This document shows, one piece after another, positions 1 through 10,800 of a stretch of 57,783 nt of DNA (positions are counted from its first letter, which is position 1; each line of letters begins with the position of its first letter). The notes under the pieces were generated by a model that worked only from the letters and a program-made list of their open reading frames with translations, was not told the DNA's origin and made no database searches. Source of the DNA: a virus; IMG/VR virus record IMGVR_UViG_3300045988_161144, positions 1 through 57,783 of that record. One strand, given 5' to 3'. The translations under genes were made by a program, and so were the position numbers.

Positions 1-79
1 GCAACCTCTGCATCATTCAATAATACAGTTAAAGCAGTATTCTTAAGATTAGATGATAAGGTGATTGGTAAATCATCAC
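1..79. repeat. Terminal direct repeat, identical to 57705..57783 (79/79 nt); likely circular-contig overlap or terminal redundancy
   Basis: Direct comparison of the first and last 79 nt of the window; the minus-strand reading frame is continuous across the junction. Confidence 0.9.
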
Positions 80-1478
80 CAACCCCCCCAATCAAAGTAG
101 ATGCACTAATACTGATTTGTGGTGATTCAGCTGGAACAACTGTCCATTTTGCAGTAACACTCGCACCATTATACAAATTATCCCCATCAAACTTAAACAC
201 TCTTGTAGCAACCCCACTTGTTGGATTAGCATAATTAAATGTTACTCTACCTTCATCATTAGTAGTTTTACTCCAATCCCCGCAATAAACTGTTTTATTT
301 GCTAATGGGTTGTTTTGATTGTCTTTCAAATATAATATGCATAATACATTCTCACCAACAGTAACACTATTTTTATCAACAGTACAAGTTAATACAGAGG
401 TTTTTTTAGTCCACTCCACCACAACACTATCATGTGCTGGTAAATAATTAGAATCCCCATCGAAATCATAAGTCAATTCCACCTTTTGAGGGACTGCTGG
501 AGTATAAGTATATGTGACTTTCCCATCATTATTTGTAGACTTAATATTATTATACCTGTCCCTAATTGCTTTATTAGGAACTGGTTTATTATTCTTATCT
601 AACAATGTAACTGTCATGATCAACATTTTCCCAGCTTCCAACACTGTCTGACTTGCTGAAACAATAAAAGATACTGGTATCTTAGACACTTGTACAGACA
701 CAGATTGACTACATTCATTATATGCTGGTGAACCACCATATATAAAATCAAGAGTTAAATTTAATGATGCTTTGACAGTATCTGAAAATTCGCCTTTATC
801 ATTTGTAATGTATTGTTTTTCATTAAACAATATTTCAGCCCCTTTAACTAATTCTCCATCACTACTTTTTAAAACACCATTGAAGGAAATAATATCATCA
901 ATATAATATGAGTCCTTGTCCAGAGTAATGGTTAAATTTGTGTCTAATTTAGTGATGTCTGGAAGTTTTGGTTTATCAACCATTACAGGATTATTAATTT
1001 CTAACAAATATCCATCATATAAAAAACTAATAAAATTATAAACCTTAAATGATTCTGGTAAGATACAAAAAGCCAATACAATATTAGTAACCTTATTGAC
1101 AATAAAAACCCCAGCCATATCCTGTGCCACATTACCGATTTCAACAATTGGGGTGGCAGATGATACTTGGACAGTTAATCCACCATTATCATAACTTTGC
1201 ATATATAATTCAATTGGTGGATAATTAACACTTTCACGAACCTCTAACCCATCATCATCAGTATAGACCTTCTTTAAAGGAGTGACTTCATTATAATTCA
1301 AGGTGTAATCATTATTGATGTTCTTTTTCCAATCACCACTACATCGACTTACGGGGATAAAACACCATTTATTAAAATTATTTCCTTTAACCATTTGTTC
1401 AAAACTAAAACACCCTCTTTTATTAATTATCTTCCAAAGATTTCCAATAAGTTTAAATTCTAAATAATCATCAATCAT
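1..1478 (-). CDS. Tail fibre / adhesin-like protein, N-terminal 492 aa (Dit-like N-domain plus repeated Ig-like beta-sandwich modules); continues across the window junction into 57704..57035
   Basis: ATG at 1478 immediately downstream of the stop of ORF 1493..4558; open frame to position 1 in the same phase as ORF 57035..57783; N-terminal 170 aa paralogous to ORF 13139..13663; repeated TNDxG..VTF motifs. Confidence 0.6.
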   Translation of the reverse strand, partial: MIDDYLEFKLIGNLWKIINKRGCFSFEQMVKGNNFNKWCFIPVSRCSGDWKKNINNDYTLNYNEVTPLKKVYTDDDGLEVRESVNYPPIELYMQSYDNGGLTVQVSSATPIVEIGNVAQDMAGVFIVNKVTNIVLAFCILPESFKVYNFISFLYDGYLLEINNPVMVDKPKLPDITKLDTNLTITLDKDSYYIDDIISFNGVLKSSDGELVKGAEILFNEKQYITNDKGEFSDTVKASLNLTLDFIYGGSPAYNECSQSVSVQVSKIPVSFIVSASQTVLEAGKMLIMTVTLLDKNNKPVPNKAIRDRYNNIKSTNNDGKVTYTYTPAVPQKVELTYDFDGDSNYLPAHDSVVVEWTKKTSVLTCTVDKNSVTVGENVLCILYLKDNQNNPLANKTVYCGDWSKTTNDEGRVTFNYANPTSGVATRVFKFDGDNLYNGASVTAKWTVVPAESPQISISASTLIGGVGDDLPITLSSNLKNTALTVLLNDAEV

Positions 1479-1492
1479 ATTAAAAACACTCC

Positions 1493-4400
1493 TTAATATT
1501 GTATTTTCATTTCAACATAATCTATCCTGAACTCACTAACATTATATGATGCTGTAGACTTAAGATGACTTTCCTGCGGAATAATAAGTAATGCAAGGTT
1601 GTCTGATTCGATTGCAGATGCTTGTTCAGCAGTGAATGGGTGTGTAATAGTGAATGGTAAGTATGTGTTCTTGTTTTCTACTCCGAAGTTTCCTTGAGTG
1701 GTTTTTTCATCATAAACTATATTATTAATCACATCTTTTAATTGTAATTTTGGGAAATACATGTGTCCTCCAGTTATACCTCCGAACTCTCCGCAGAATA
1801 CTGTTGCTGTTACTGTACAAGCCTTGTTTGGTCGTGGGAATTTAAACACATTAAAATATATTTGAGCCGGAGTAGTTCTCAAATATGCGGAAACACTACT
1901 GTTATGTGTGCAGGTAATTGCAGTTGATGCACTACTATTATTTTCTCTTTTCTGCACTCTTGCAACATTCAATGAATCACTATTATATCCTTTAATTTTA
2001 TTATTAGTTCCAGCAGCACTTAATGATAAAGGCACACGAGTATGGGTAGTTATTGGTGCTGTTTTACCTGTTATCTTCACAGTATTTGAATATGTTGCTC
2101 TATTACTAATGAACTCATTAGTGGATTCTGCGAATTTACATATGAATGTCCCATTCTCTTTAACAGTTAATTTAACCTCACCATTCTCATCAGTTTTATA
2201 GGTAGTGTTGTTAATTAATAATTCAAAATTTGGTAGAATTTCCCCATGGTTATTTAATGCTGTTACTGTTAAAATATCTCCTTGTAGAACATACCCAGTA
2301 TTTTGATACGCGCCTCCAGAGAATTGTATATTCCCAATGGTTTTCACCACATTAACAGTATATGATTTTTCGCATGGAGCATAAGTCATATCCCCATTAA
2401 AAACTCCTAAAATATTATATTCTCCTTGATTTAATCTTAACGGTATTTTAGCAATTCCTGAATTATCGGTTGTTTTGTAATAATTTTTCCCATTAACGGT
2501 AAATGCAACACTCCTACCACCCAATAAATTATTTGATGAGTCTTTTAATGTCACACTTAAATAATCTCCAACTTCAACGGTAGTGGATATTACATCTGAT
2601 AAAACGGTTAATGTTCTTGGATTAATTGTATAAATAAAAGTACCAAAAGTATTCGAGTATGGTCCTGATGTATTGTTTCCTTTACCAATAACTCCTGCAG
2701 GTGTTATTTTTAATCTACCATTACTTGATCCATCGCCTAAGTTTAAATCATTAGTGTAGATGGGTACTGGAGGTCTTAATCTTTCAGGGATTTCATGTTT
2801 ACCATCATTTGGAAATAATCTGAAATAATATTCACCATCATTACCATAATCTGAGCTGTTCCCACTGAATTTATAAAATTGGACAATTACAATGTTTCCC
2901 AATTCATAGATGACTATATAATTCTGTGTTTTATCTGATTCATCACGATAAATATATGTTGTGGGGATTACTGAGGATAAAAAGTTTATTGGTGATTTAC
3001 CATCTAATGTTTTAGCATCTACTCCTGATTCATTAACAGATTCAACAATTTCTTCAGTGGATGGTGTTTTACCATCTTCTCCTTTGATTAATGACCAGGT
3101 GTATCTTGACGGGTCTTGACTTGTTTCCTGCACATAATCATAATATGTACCCATATATTTTCGATTAGTGCTGTTTTCTGTACTGAAATCTGTTTCACCT
3201 TTATCATCATTCGCATATGCAAAATGCACATAACCATCATTTGGTGCTTGAGGAAGACTTGCCCATAATGCAGGGGCAGAATAATTACTCCACACGCCAT
3301 TTATTTTTAATTGTTTACAAACCCATTCATACCCAAAATTATTACGAACTCCTTGAGGATTTTCAAACCATTGACCATCATCATCAGCATCATCATCACT
3401 ATCGTCCGATCTAACAATTATTGTTTTTGGTGGGGTTTCAGGTTGTGAATTGGAATTTGTTCTACAGAAGATATAATGTACATCATCACCATCTAATGCA
3501 GACAAACATAATATATTAACTGCTTGAGTTGAATTATCAGTATACTTAATTAGATTCCTACTCCACAAATATGGTTTCTCATCAGTTGTTGATGGTTTTA
3601 CTGTACTCCACCCATCTGTTGGTGAATTAACATATTCATTAGATATGGTATATTCTTCATATATGTTCAAAATGCCCTTACTTTCAACTTTAAAATAGAA
3701 ATATTTATTTACATCAGTAGAATCTAATAGATTATTATCATAATAATATCCAATAAAACTCCCACCTTCTTCATTTAAACCAGTTCCTATATCATCATAT
3801 GCATATTTGATGTGCATATAGTACATTACATCATTTAATGTGTATGATAATCCATCAACAGGTTTTATCTTCCAAGAATATTTACTAATATCTGTAGAAT
3901 CCACTACATTACCATCTACATAATACCCAATATATTTTTGAGGTTGTAAGCTTGTTTGACTAATATCTAAAGGATTATTTAATGTACAGTATCTTATATG
4001 CATATATAATGGTGAACCATCTTTAGTACCACATAATAATCCCTGACTTGTTTCAACACCACTGTCACCAGTAATACATACTGGTTCAGAGTATTTAACA
4101 CCATGATTACTTGTTATTTTAGTTCTACTCCAAATATATCTTCCAATAAGATGAGTTGGTGCATCTGTACTCCACCCTTCATCTGATTGGAGAGGTGGAG
4201 TTGTTCGTGATTTTGTTTGAATAAACTCAATATCCATATCTAAAATATTTTCCCCACCACCATTATTTGTACAGAATGGTTCAGTTTTAAGTTTAGCCAC
4301 ACCAGTATCAATAACATTCATAATCCACAAATATTTGTCCTTTATATCTGGAGGTAATGTAGTGCTCCACCCACTATCATCTTTAGAAGGTACATCAATA

Positions 4401-4558
4401 TTATTATCTGTTAAAAGATAATATGATTCATAATTCATAGAATTGTAATTAGATTCTAAATTGTCTACATCAATCCTTAATCTCCTAATATCATGATCCA
4501 TGATTTTAATCCTCCCATTTATATGTTTCTTTTTTATCATATACGGCAGTTTTTCCAA
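1493..4558 (-). CDS. Large adhesin-like tail fibre protein (1021 aa) with repeated Big/CarboxypepD_reg-like beta-sandwich modules
   Basis: Six-frame ORF; repeated T(D/N)xxG..(K/V).. modules (TTDNSGIAKIPL, KTDENGEVKLTV); in tail gene block; overlaps upstream gene start by 53 nt. Confidence 0.55.
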   Translation of the reverse strand: MEKLPYMIKKKHINGRIKIMDHDIRRLRIDVDNLESNYNSMNYESYYLLTDNNIDVPSKDDSGWSTTLPPDIKDKYLWIMNVIDTGVAKLKTEPFCTNNGGGENILDMDIEFIQTKSRTTPPLQSDEGWSTDAPTHLIGRYIWSRTKITSNHGVKYSEPVCITGDSGVETSQGLLCGTKDGSPLYMHIRYCTLNNPLDISQTSLQPQKYIGYYVDGNVVDSTDISKYSWKIKPVDGLSYTLNDVMYYMHIKYAYDDIGTGLNEEGGSFIGYYYDNNLLDSTDVNKYFYFKVESKGILNIYEEYTISNEYVNSPTDGWSTVKPSTTDEKPYLWSRNLIKYTDNSTQAVNILCLSALDGDDVHYIFCRTNSNSQPETPPKTIIVRSDDSDDDADDDGQWFENPQGVRNNFGYEWVCKQLKINGVWSNYSAPALWASLPQAPNDGYVHFAYANDDKGETDFSTENSTNRKYMGTYYDYVQETSQDPSRYTWSLIKGEDGKTPSTEEIVESVNESGVDAKTLDGKSPINFLSSVIPTTYIYRDESDKTQNYIVIYELGNIVIVQFYKFSGNSSDYGNDGEYYFRLFPNDGKHEIPERLRPPVPIYTNDLNLGDGSSNGRLKITPAGVIGKGNNTSGPYSNTFGTFIYTINPRTLTVLSDVISTTVEVGDYLSVTLKDSSNNLLGGRSVAFTVNGKNYYKTTDNSGIAKIPLRLNQGEYNILGVFNGDMTYAPCEKSYTVNVVKTIGNIQFSGGAYQNTGYVLQGDILTVTALNNHGEILPNFELLINNTTYKTDENGEVKLTVKENGTFICKFAESTNEFISNRATYSNTVKITGKTAPITTHTRVPLSLSAAGTNNKIKGYNSDSLNVARVQKRENNSSASTAITCTHNSSVSAYLRTTPAQIYFNVFKFPRPNKACTVTATVFCGEFGGITGGHMYFPKLQLKDVINNIVYDEKTTQGNFGVENKNTYLPFTITHPFTAEQASAIESDNLALLIIPQESHLKSTASYNVSEFRIDYVEMKIQY

Positions 4559-7500
4559 ATACTGCTTGTTTAGATTGTGTTATTACTCTTTGTTTTTCAT
4601 ATTCTTCTCTTAATTCAATTACTGGTTCTGGTTTATTCAACCCTATTTTTGTTTGTAATTTTGGAGAATTTCGAACATTATATTCGTGAGTGATACTTTT
4701 AACTTGTTTATAATCATTATATGCAGAATTTTCAAATATACAATCTACATAATCACCAACCCTTAAATCTTTTGGACAACCTTTAACAGTTACAGTTAAA
4801 CTATCACTACGGTCATTTTTAAATTTAGGGTTGCTCCTTGCTTCATAATATGCTTCAAGACCACTAATATCATCACTAATACTCACGACATTGGTGATTT
4901 CACCATATTGTGTAACTTTCATTGGATTACGACTTTCAAGATAATTATATATACTATCCTCAGCATTCCTTTCTTTCCTCTTATAAACCACCATTGACCT
5001 ACTAATGAAATCAGATACTGGAGTATACTCCCAGTTACTAATTGATATAATGTTTCCATCATCACCTTCTTTTATTGTAAATCTTGGTTCAGGAGCTTTC
5101 TGTTTATGTGAAACATATAATCTATCATTTCTCCTCATTTGTTGTGGGTATAATCTTAATTCTAAATCTCCAGAAGACAATATTGTTTCCATTAAACTAT
5201 TCAATGATTTACCAGTTGCTTCAAGATTAATTGGATTTAAAATATTCCCATTACGAAAACCAATCCTCCTTAAAATCATTCTACAACTACTATTATCTTC
5301 GGTGGAGTCGTTACTCTCCCATAATTTTTCAGAACCAACAACATATTCAAAAGTAATATTTCTCAAATACACTTTAGGATAATATGTTTCATTAAGTTTG
5401 TTGATTATACTTACACTACCAGTAGTAAATACATTATTTAAAATAACTGGTGTGAATCCTCTAAAAGTCTTTAAAGAATCAGATTCGGCAGATGTAAAAT
5501 CAATATAAATTGGGATTCTCTCAGCATTTTTGTTCTGAGATGTACTGAACTCTATTTTAACCCATGCTTGGAACGGTTTATCTTTATCAAATCCATTAGT
5601 TATTGATTTACCACCATTTCCAGCTTTATCTATAGTATTACCTTTATGTTCTCGAACAATCCTTCCACCCCATACTCCAGAAGTATCATTTAACATATTC
5701 CCATATCTTTCACCCCATTTATATTGCCTATATGGGAAATTTTGCCATTGTCCATTACTATCTAAATATTGCACAGTACGATGAGCTCTTGATGAATTAG
5801 TAGCATATTCCATGATACGGCAGGAAATATTTTTTTCAAATAATCGAGTATAAATCAAATCACTAAATGCCCAACAATCCCCATATCCTTTAGATTGCAA
5901 ACACCCTAAACTACTGCATGTATCTCCACGAAGTAAATATTTGTACTGAAATGCCTCATTGGTTATTGTTGCAAAAATATCGCCAACATTTACTGTGGTG
6001 TTTTCAGTATCGTCTGATGATGTTGAAGTATTTCCAGCATTACTTGCTTCATTTGCACTTGCACTTACGAGTTTTACTCGCCTACATTTAGCTCCAGCTG
6101 CTTTATCTCCTCCACAGTATCCACAGTAATCAGCATCACAACCACCTTTTTTCATGCTACAGGTTATTTCTCCTTCATAAACTCCTTTGGGGTTGTCTGT
6201 TAATGTTCCGCTTTTACCACAATTGGGGCAGTAATTTCTCCATGTTTTAGTGTATCTTTTATATTGTGTTCCATAGAAACAAGCACATAATGGCATATGA
6301 TTAACTGTAATTGTTTCACCAGTAGTTACACTACTATTATTCTCAGATGCGACATCATATTTAGTCATAGGTTCGCCCATACCATATTCAATGAAAAATA
6401 TGGGAAAATCATTTAATAATTGTGGAGATGAATTATACCAGTCGGAATCATAAACAACAAATGATTGTTTAGTATTAATTGAAGAATTGTTTCTAATATA
6501 GACTCCAGTTCCTTTTAATGAAACAGTCATTTCTGTTGCTTTACATTTATTGAAATTATTTTTATTGGTTAAATCCACAGATATTTCATTAAATTTATCT
6601 GCTTCAAAAACATCTGGTAATGTATTAAGTAATGGTTGTTCCATTGCACGAAGAACATAATCTAATGCATAATTATAGTCAGGATAATGGACAACATCTC
6701 CATCTTTATATGCAGTATTATAATCTGAAGCATTTCCACCAACATTTATTTCTTGTGTACAATATCTTACATCACCATCAATTAATCTTCCCGCACATTT
6801 GATTGTTAATTCTGTTTCATCACTATTCTTTGAAACATTACTGATATATCCTCCAAAGATTTGTTCCATTTCACCATCAGAATTAATTACACTATAATTA
6901 ATTTCATCACGATAATCAAAAACAAAATTTGTTAATGTTGTTTCATCTTCCCACTCATTATCATATAATATAGTGAATGAGAACTCATCAGCACCAACCT
7001 TTTCAGAATCAGAATGATTTGCTGAAAGTAGAGTTAATTTGGCATCTGCACTTAAATCAGAATCTGCTTTATATGTGGTGATTTTTTTAACAAATGCACT
7101 TAAAACTTTTAGATGACTATCTATCTGTAATTTAAATTTATGTGTTCCTTGTTTAAGTGAATATTTATAAGTTTTACGGGTTAGCCATTTTGGATTACTC
7201 CTTATAGACCAATTCATTAAATTATCATCAATTGTCCACACAATATTATGATAATCCTCATCTGTACTTGTAAATAGAAATCCAATATCATAGTCCCCAG
7301 TTTCTGGTGCAGTAAATAGATATTCTACAAAGAAATCATTACTATTGTTACTTTCAATTGTTTCCCATGAATCCCATTTACCATATTTAGCATTAGACAT
7401 GATAACTGGTGTGCCACTTGACCTTGAAATAAAATCTTGTTCGTAGTTTACTTCATTATGTCTAATTTCCAATAAAAACTTTTCAGTATAAACATGATCC

Positions 7501-7568
7501 ACAAACCTTTGTGAATCAGTCCATGGTTTTGTATTATGTTTAGCTATACCATGCATTTTAAAAATCAC
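4506..7568 (-). CDS. Tail-associated protein (1020 aa) with Cys-rich zinc-ribbon segment and transglutaminase-like cysteine peptidase core (G-D-C-W-A-F-S ... A-H-R ... D)
   Basis: Motif GYGDCWAFSDLIYTRLFEKNISCRIMEY..AHRTVQYLD matches transglutaminase-core pattern G.C..FA...R.GIP.R...G...H.W; CxxC-rich block CPNCGK..CGYCGG. Confidence 0.6.
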   Translation of the reverse strand: MIFKMHGIAKHNTKPWTDSQRFVDHVYTEKFLLEIRHNEVNYEQDFISRSSGTPVIMSNAKYGKWDSWETIESNNSNDFFVEYLFTAPETGDYDIGFLFTSTDEDYHNIVWTIDDNLMNWSIRSNPKWLTRKTYKYSLKQGTHKFKLQIDSHLKVLSAFVKKITTYKADSDLSADAKLTLLSANHSDSEKVGADEFSFTILYDNEWEDETTLTNFVFDYRDEINYSVINSDGEMEQIFGGYISNVSKNSDETELTIKCAGRLIDGDVRYCTQEINVGGNASDYNTAYKDGDVVHYPDYNYALDYVLRAMEQPLLNTLPDVFEADKFNEISVDLTNKNNFNKCKATEMTVSLKGTGVYIRNNSSINTKQSFVVYDSDWYNSSPQLLNDFPIFFIEYGMGEPMTKYDVASENNSSVTTGETITVNHMPLCACFYGTQYKRYTKTWRNYCPNCGKSGTLTDNPKGVYEGEITCSMKKGGCDADYCGYCGGDKAAGAKCRRVKLVSASANEASNAGNTSTSSDDTENTTVNVGDIFATITNEAFQYKYLLRGDTCSSLGCLQSKGYGDCWAFSDLIYTRLFEKNISCRIMEYATNSSRAHRTVQYLDSNGQWQNFPYRQYKWGERYGNMLNDTSGVWGGRIVREHKGNTIDKAGNGGKSITNGFDKDKPFQAWVKIEFSTSQNKNAERIPIYIDFTSAESDSLKTFRGFTPVILNNVFTTGSVSIINKLNETYYPKVYLRNITFEYVVGSEKLWESNDSTEDNSSCRMILRRIGFRNGNILNPINLEATGKSLNSLMETILSSGDLELRLYPQQMRRNDRLYVSHKQKAPEPRFTIKEGDDGNIISISNWEYTPVSDFISRSMVVYKRKERNAEDSIYNYLESRNPMKVTQYGEITNVVSISDDISGLEAYYEARSNPKFKNDRSDSLTVTVKGCPKDLRVGDYVDCIFENSAYNDYKQVKSITHEYNVRNSPKLQTKIGLNKPEPVIELREEYEKQRVITQSKQAVFGKTAVYDKKETYKWED

Positions 7569-7828
7569 CTAATAATTTTTATTGTTTCCTCTTTAGAATA
7601 TGCATATTCGATAGCTACACTATCTGGGTCATCATATTCTCTACTTGATTTTAAGAATGGATAGAAAACTGTTCTATCATTCTTATCAATTTTATTTAAA
7701 TGTATTTCTTTCCTATTTGGTCTTATAATTGATAATCCACAAGTACTATAATCATCATGGATTTCTACATTAATATGTTTGTCAAATAGGACTATGCTGT
7801 CCTTTGGTGCTGTTGGTTCTACCATCAT
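7565..7828 (-). CDS. Hypothetical small tail-module protein (87 aa)
   Basis: ORF translationally coupled (overlapping start/stop) with the flanking giant tail genes. Confidence 0.35.
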   Translation of the reverse strand: MMVEPTAPKDSIVLFDKHINVEIHDDYSTCGLSIIRPNRKEIHLNKIDKNDRTVFYPFLKSSREYDDPDSVAIEYAYSKEETIKIIR

Positions 7829-10800
7829 TTACTCCTCCACGATTTCTGTTGGGATAACATAACTTACACCTAATTCAAATTTGTTTAAAACAAGACTTGC
7901 TGGGTTTTGAGAAGTATTCTTATCATGTTCAAACAATACTCCAAACACAAAACTATTATTTATCACACCAGATAACATATTTAATCCAGTCCATTCCACA
8001 CCAACAATATTATATCCTTCTTTAGATTGTAATGGTATACTATATCCTTTTTTACCATTATTTATTCCACAATTTATTAATGTTGCACTTGCAGAGCCAA
8101 TTGTAGGATATAATTTATCTGATTGTGGATTGAATTGTTTTTCCTGCCACCTTGCACTTATCTTAACAATTTTGTAATCGTCTTTACTAAATGAGAAATT
8201 AAATGATGACATATTTAATGTATCTGGAGTATTGTAATTGCCTGAAATACCATCAATAGGAGTTACTCCAGATATGCTTTTGTCCCCACAACTGATTGGG
8301 AATTTTGGTGTATCTGATAAACTCCATGGTTTGAATGGTTTTGTATTATTTTCATGTGTATTCCTGATTTTTATTGGGGATTTCCATACTGTGATTGGGT
8401 CAAGAACTTCCAAGACATATTCTTTAGTACAGCCAATGTAATTTTTATCTCCTTCAAAGGTTATTTTAACATTATATTGTCCTGCGAGTAATCTTATATT
8501 CATATAACATAATCCTTGGTCATTAGTGACTCTCTCATAGGTTACTCCATTAACTTTATATGATAATTTTTTACCAACTAATGGGATATTTTCAGAATCA
8601 ACTAATTTGAATATGTCTTGAGTGTATCTGTACACATAATTTTTCTTTTTAACATCAATAATTTTTGTTGTATCATTATTTACTGTTAAATTAATTATTG
8701 GTGATTGGGATTTTGAGAAAAATGCTGTACCATTATATTTTAATTGGAGTTCATGTTCTCCAAGTGTTTTTGCCTGATAATATAATGTTTTTGGATTTTT
8801 ACCTATTGTTTTGGATAAAACTGGTGTGCCATTATCATATAATGTTACAGGTAAATCATTATGTGATGCTGAAGCTACCAAGTCTACAGTTCTATCAACA
8901 TGACAAGTGTATTTTGATGTTTCTGTAGGGTATGTATCAAATAATAATGAAACATTTGTATTTACTGATGGAACAGTAATTTTCTGTAAATAATTATATG
9001 CTTGATATACATCATCACCATCATATTTTACACTTATGTCATAATCTCCAGATTTTGGAAACTTGATAATTCTTGATTCACCAGAACCCATCTCAAACGA
9101 ACCAACATTTGGTATGTTTAACATAAGTTTGCCAGTAAAGTCATAATTCTTATTTACTTTTAATTCACAAGACCCATCATCAGATTCAACAATAAGTACA
9201 TCATCAGACAAAGCAATATTTTCACCAATACTCAACAAATCCTCGCCAAAACCACTTAAATCAGGGTCAATTACACATAAAGTATACTCCTTACTTTCAG
9301 AACTTGAATATGTTAAATTCCCCATAGATTTAGCTTTAATATTATATAATCCTTGTTTTTTGAAATTTAATGGATAACGGGTAGAATCTGATTCTGTAAC
9401 TAACTCTCCAATATATTTATTATTAGCATATATTTCCACCCTCATATCATTAATTATCGTTGGAAGTGACTCATTACTTGTCTGATAAACCTTAACTAAC
9501 ATATAATCAGTAGAACTATTGATTGGTACAATAAGGTTAGGTATGGTTAATTCTGTAATGGATTCAGTTACAATAGAATTAAAATAACAATTATTACTTT
9601 TAGATTCGCTGAAATGGAGTTCTGGGATAAATCTTGCAGAAGCAACATAATTCTGATTTCCCTCAACAACAAAATTATAAATCCATTCATATTCATCATC
9701 AGAAGATAATGATGGTGTTGGGTCTACATATACGGATTCATCATTAACAATAAATTCAACACGACCAATAGGTTTTCCATCAACAAAACCTTGACTAATA
9801 CCATTAATGTCCTTAACATTAGCTACAAGCATTACTTCATAACCACTATTAAATTGTGATTCAACAATTCCTTCACTGGTGCGAGTTTCTAATTCAATAG
9901 TAGTAATTACATCATAAAGGTAAACTGCCCTTTTTCCACGATTGCCATCATATACGATTATGTTATCTGGTGTAAGTAATCCTTCACATTCAACAGTATT
10001 ATATTTATCATTAATCATCAAATCCACATTTTCATGTTGGCATTCAATAAATGGGTGTCCTCTCCACATAGTCCATAATGTTTGACCAAATTTGACAGAA
10101 ATTTTATCATCATTATAGGATTCAATTTCAAAATCATTAAAATCATCTAAACGAACCATATTAGTGTAAACATAATTATTTGTTGATGCATCATAAACAT
10201 AAAATGAAACAGTACCAAACAACCTATCAAAACCAACTTTTATCAAGTTATTTGAAAGGTATAATGTTGAATTGTAATTTTCAACAAACATTACACTTGA
10301 ACCACCGCTTGTTTGAAGGTCTACACCACCCTTATATTGTTGGAAACCATCAACAAGATAATATATGTTAGAAGTGTCCTCATCAATAGTATAATAATAT
10401 AATATCCCTTCCTCTGATTTACGATAGAATAATAAATTTTTACTCGGTAATGGGAATGGAGAAACAACTAAATTATTATAAAAATTACTATATGGATTCG
10501 CTAAAATATTTTCATATGATTCAACATCTAAATGAGCGGTGAAATTAGGTTCAATAAGTCCAACATCATTATTATCAAAACAAACATCAATAATATATTC
10601 ACCAGAAGCCAATTCGATATCTTTTTCAACAATTTCTAAACCATTAGCACCTGATTCAGTAATAGTTACATAATCCCTGTCAAAATGGAAATTAGTTGAG
10701 GATTTAAATACTCCATCAAATGGTTCTTCCCAGTCAAGTTTAATTCTCTTATTAAAGACATTGAGTATACGACCATTCTTATAAACAACACAATTTGCAT

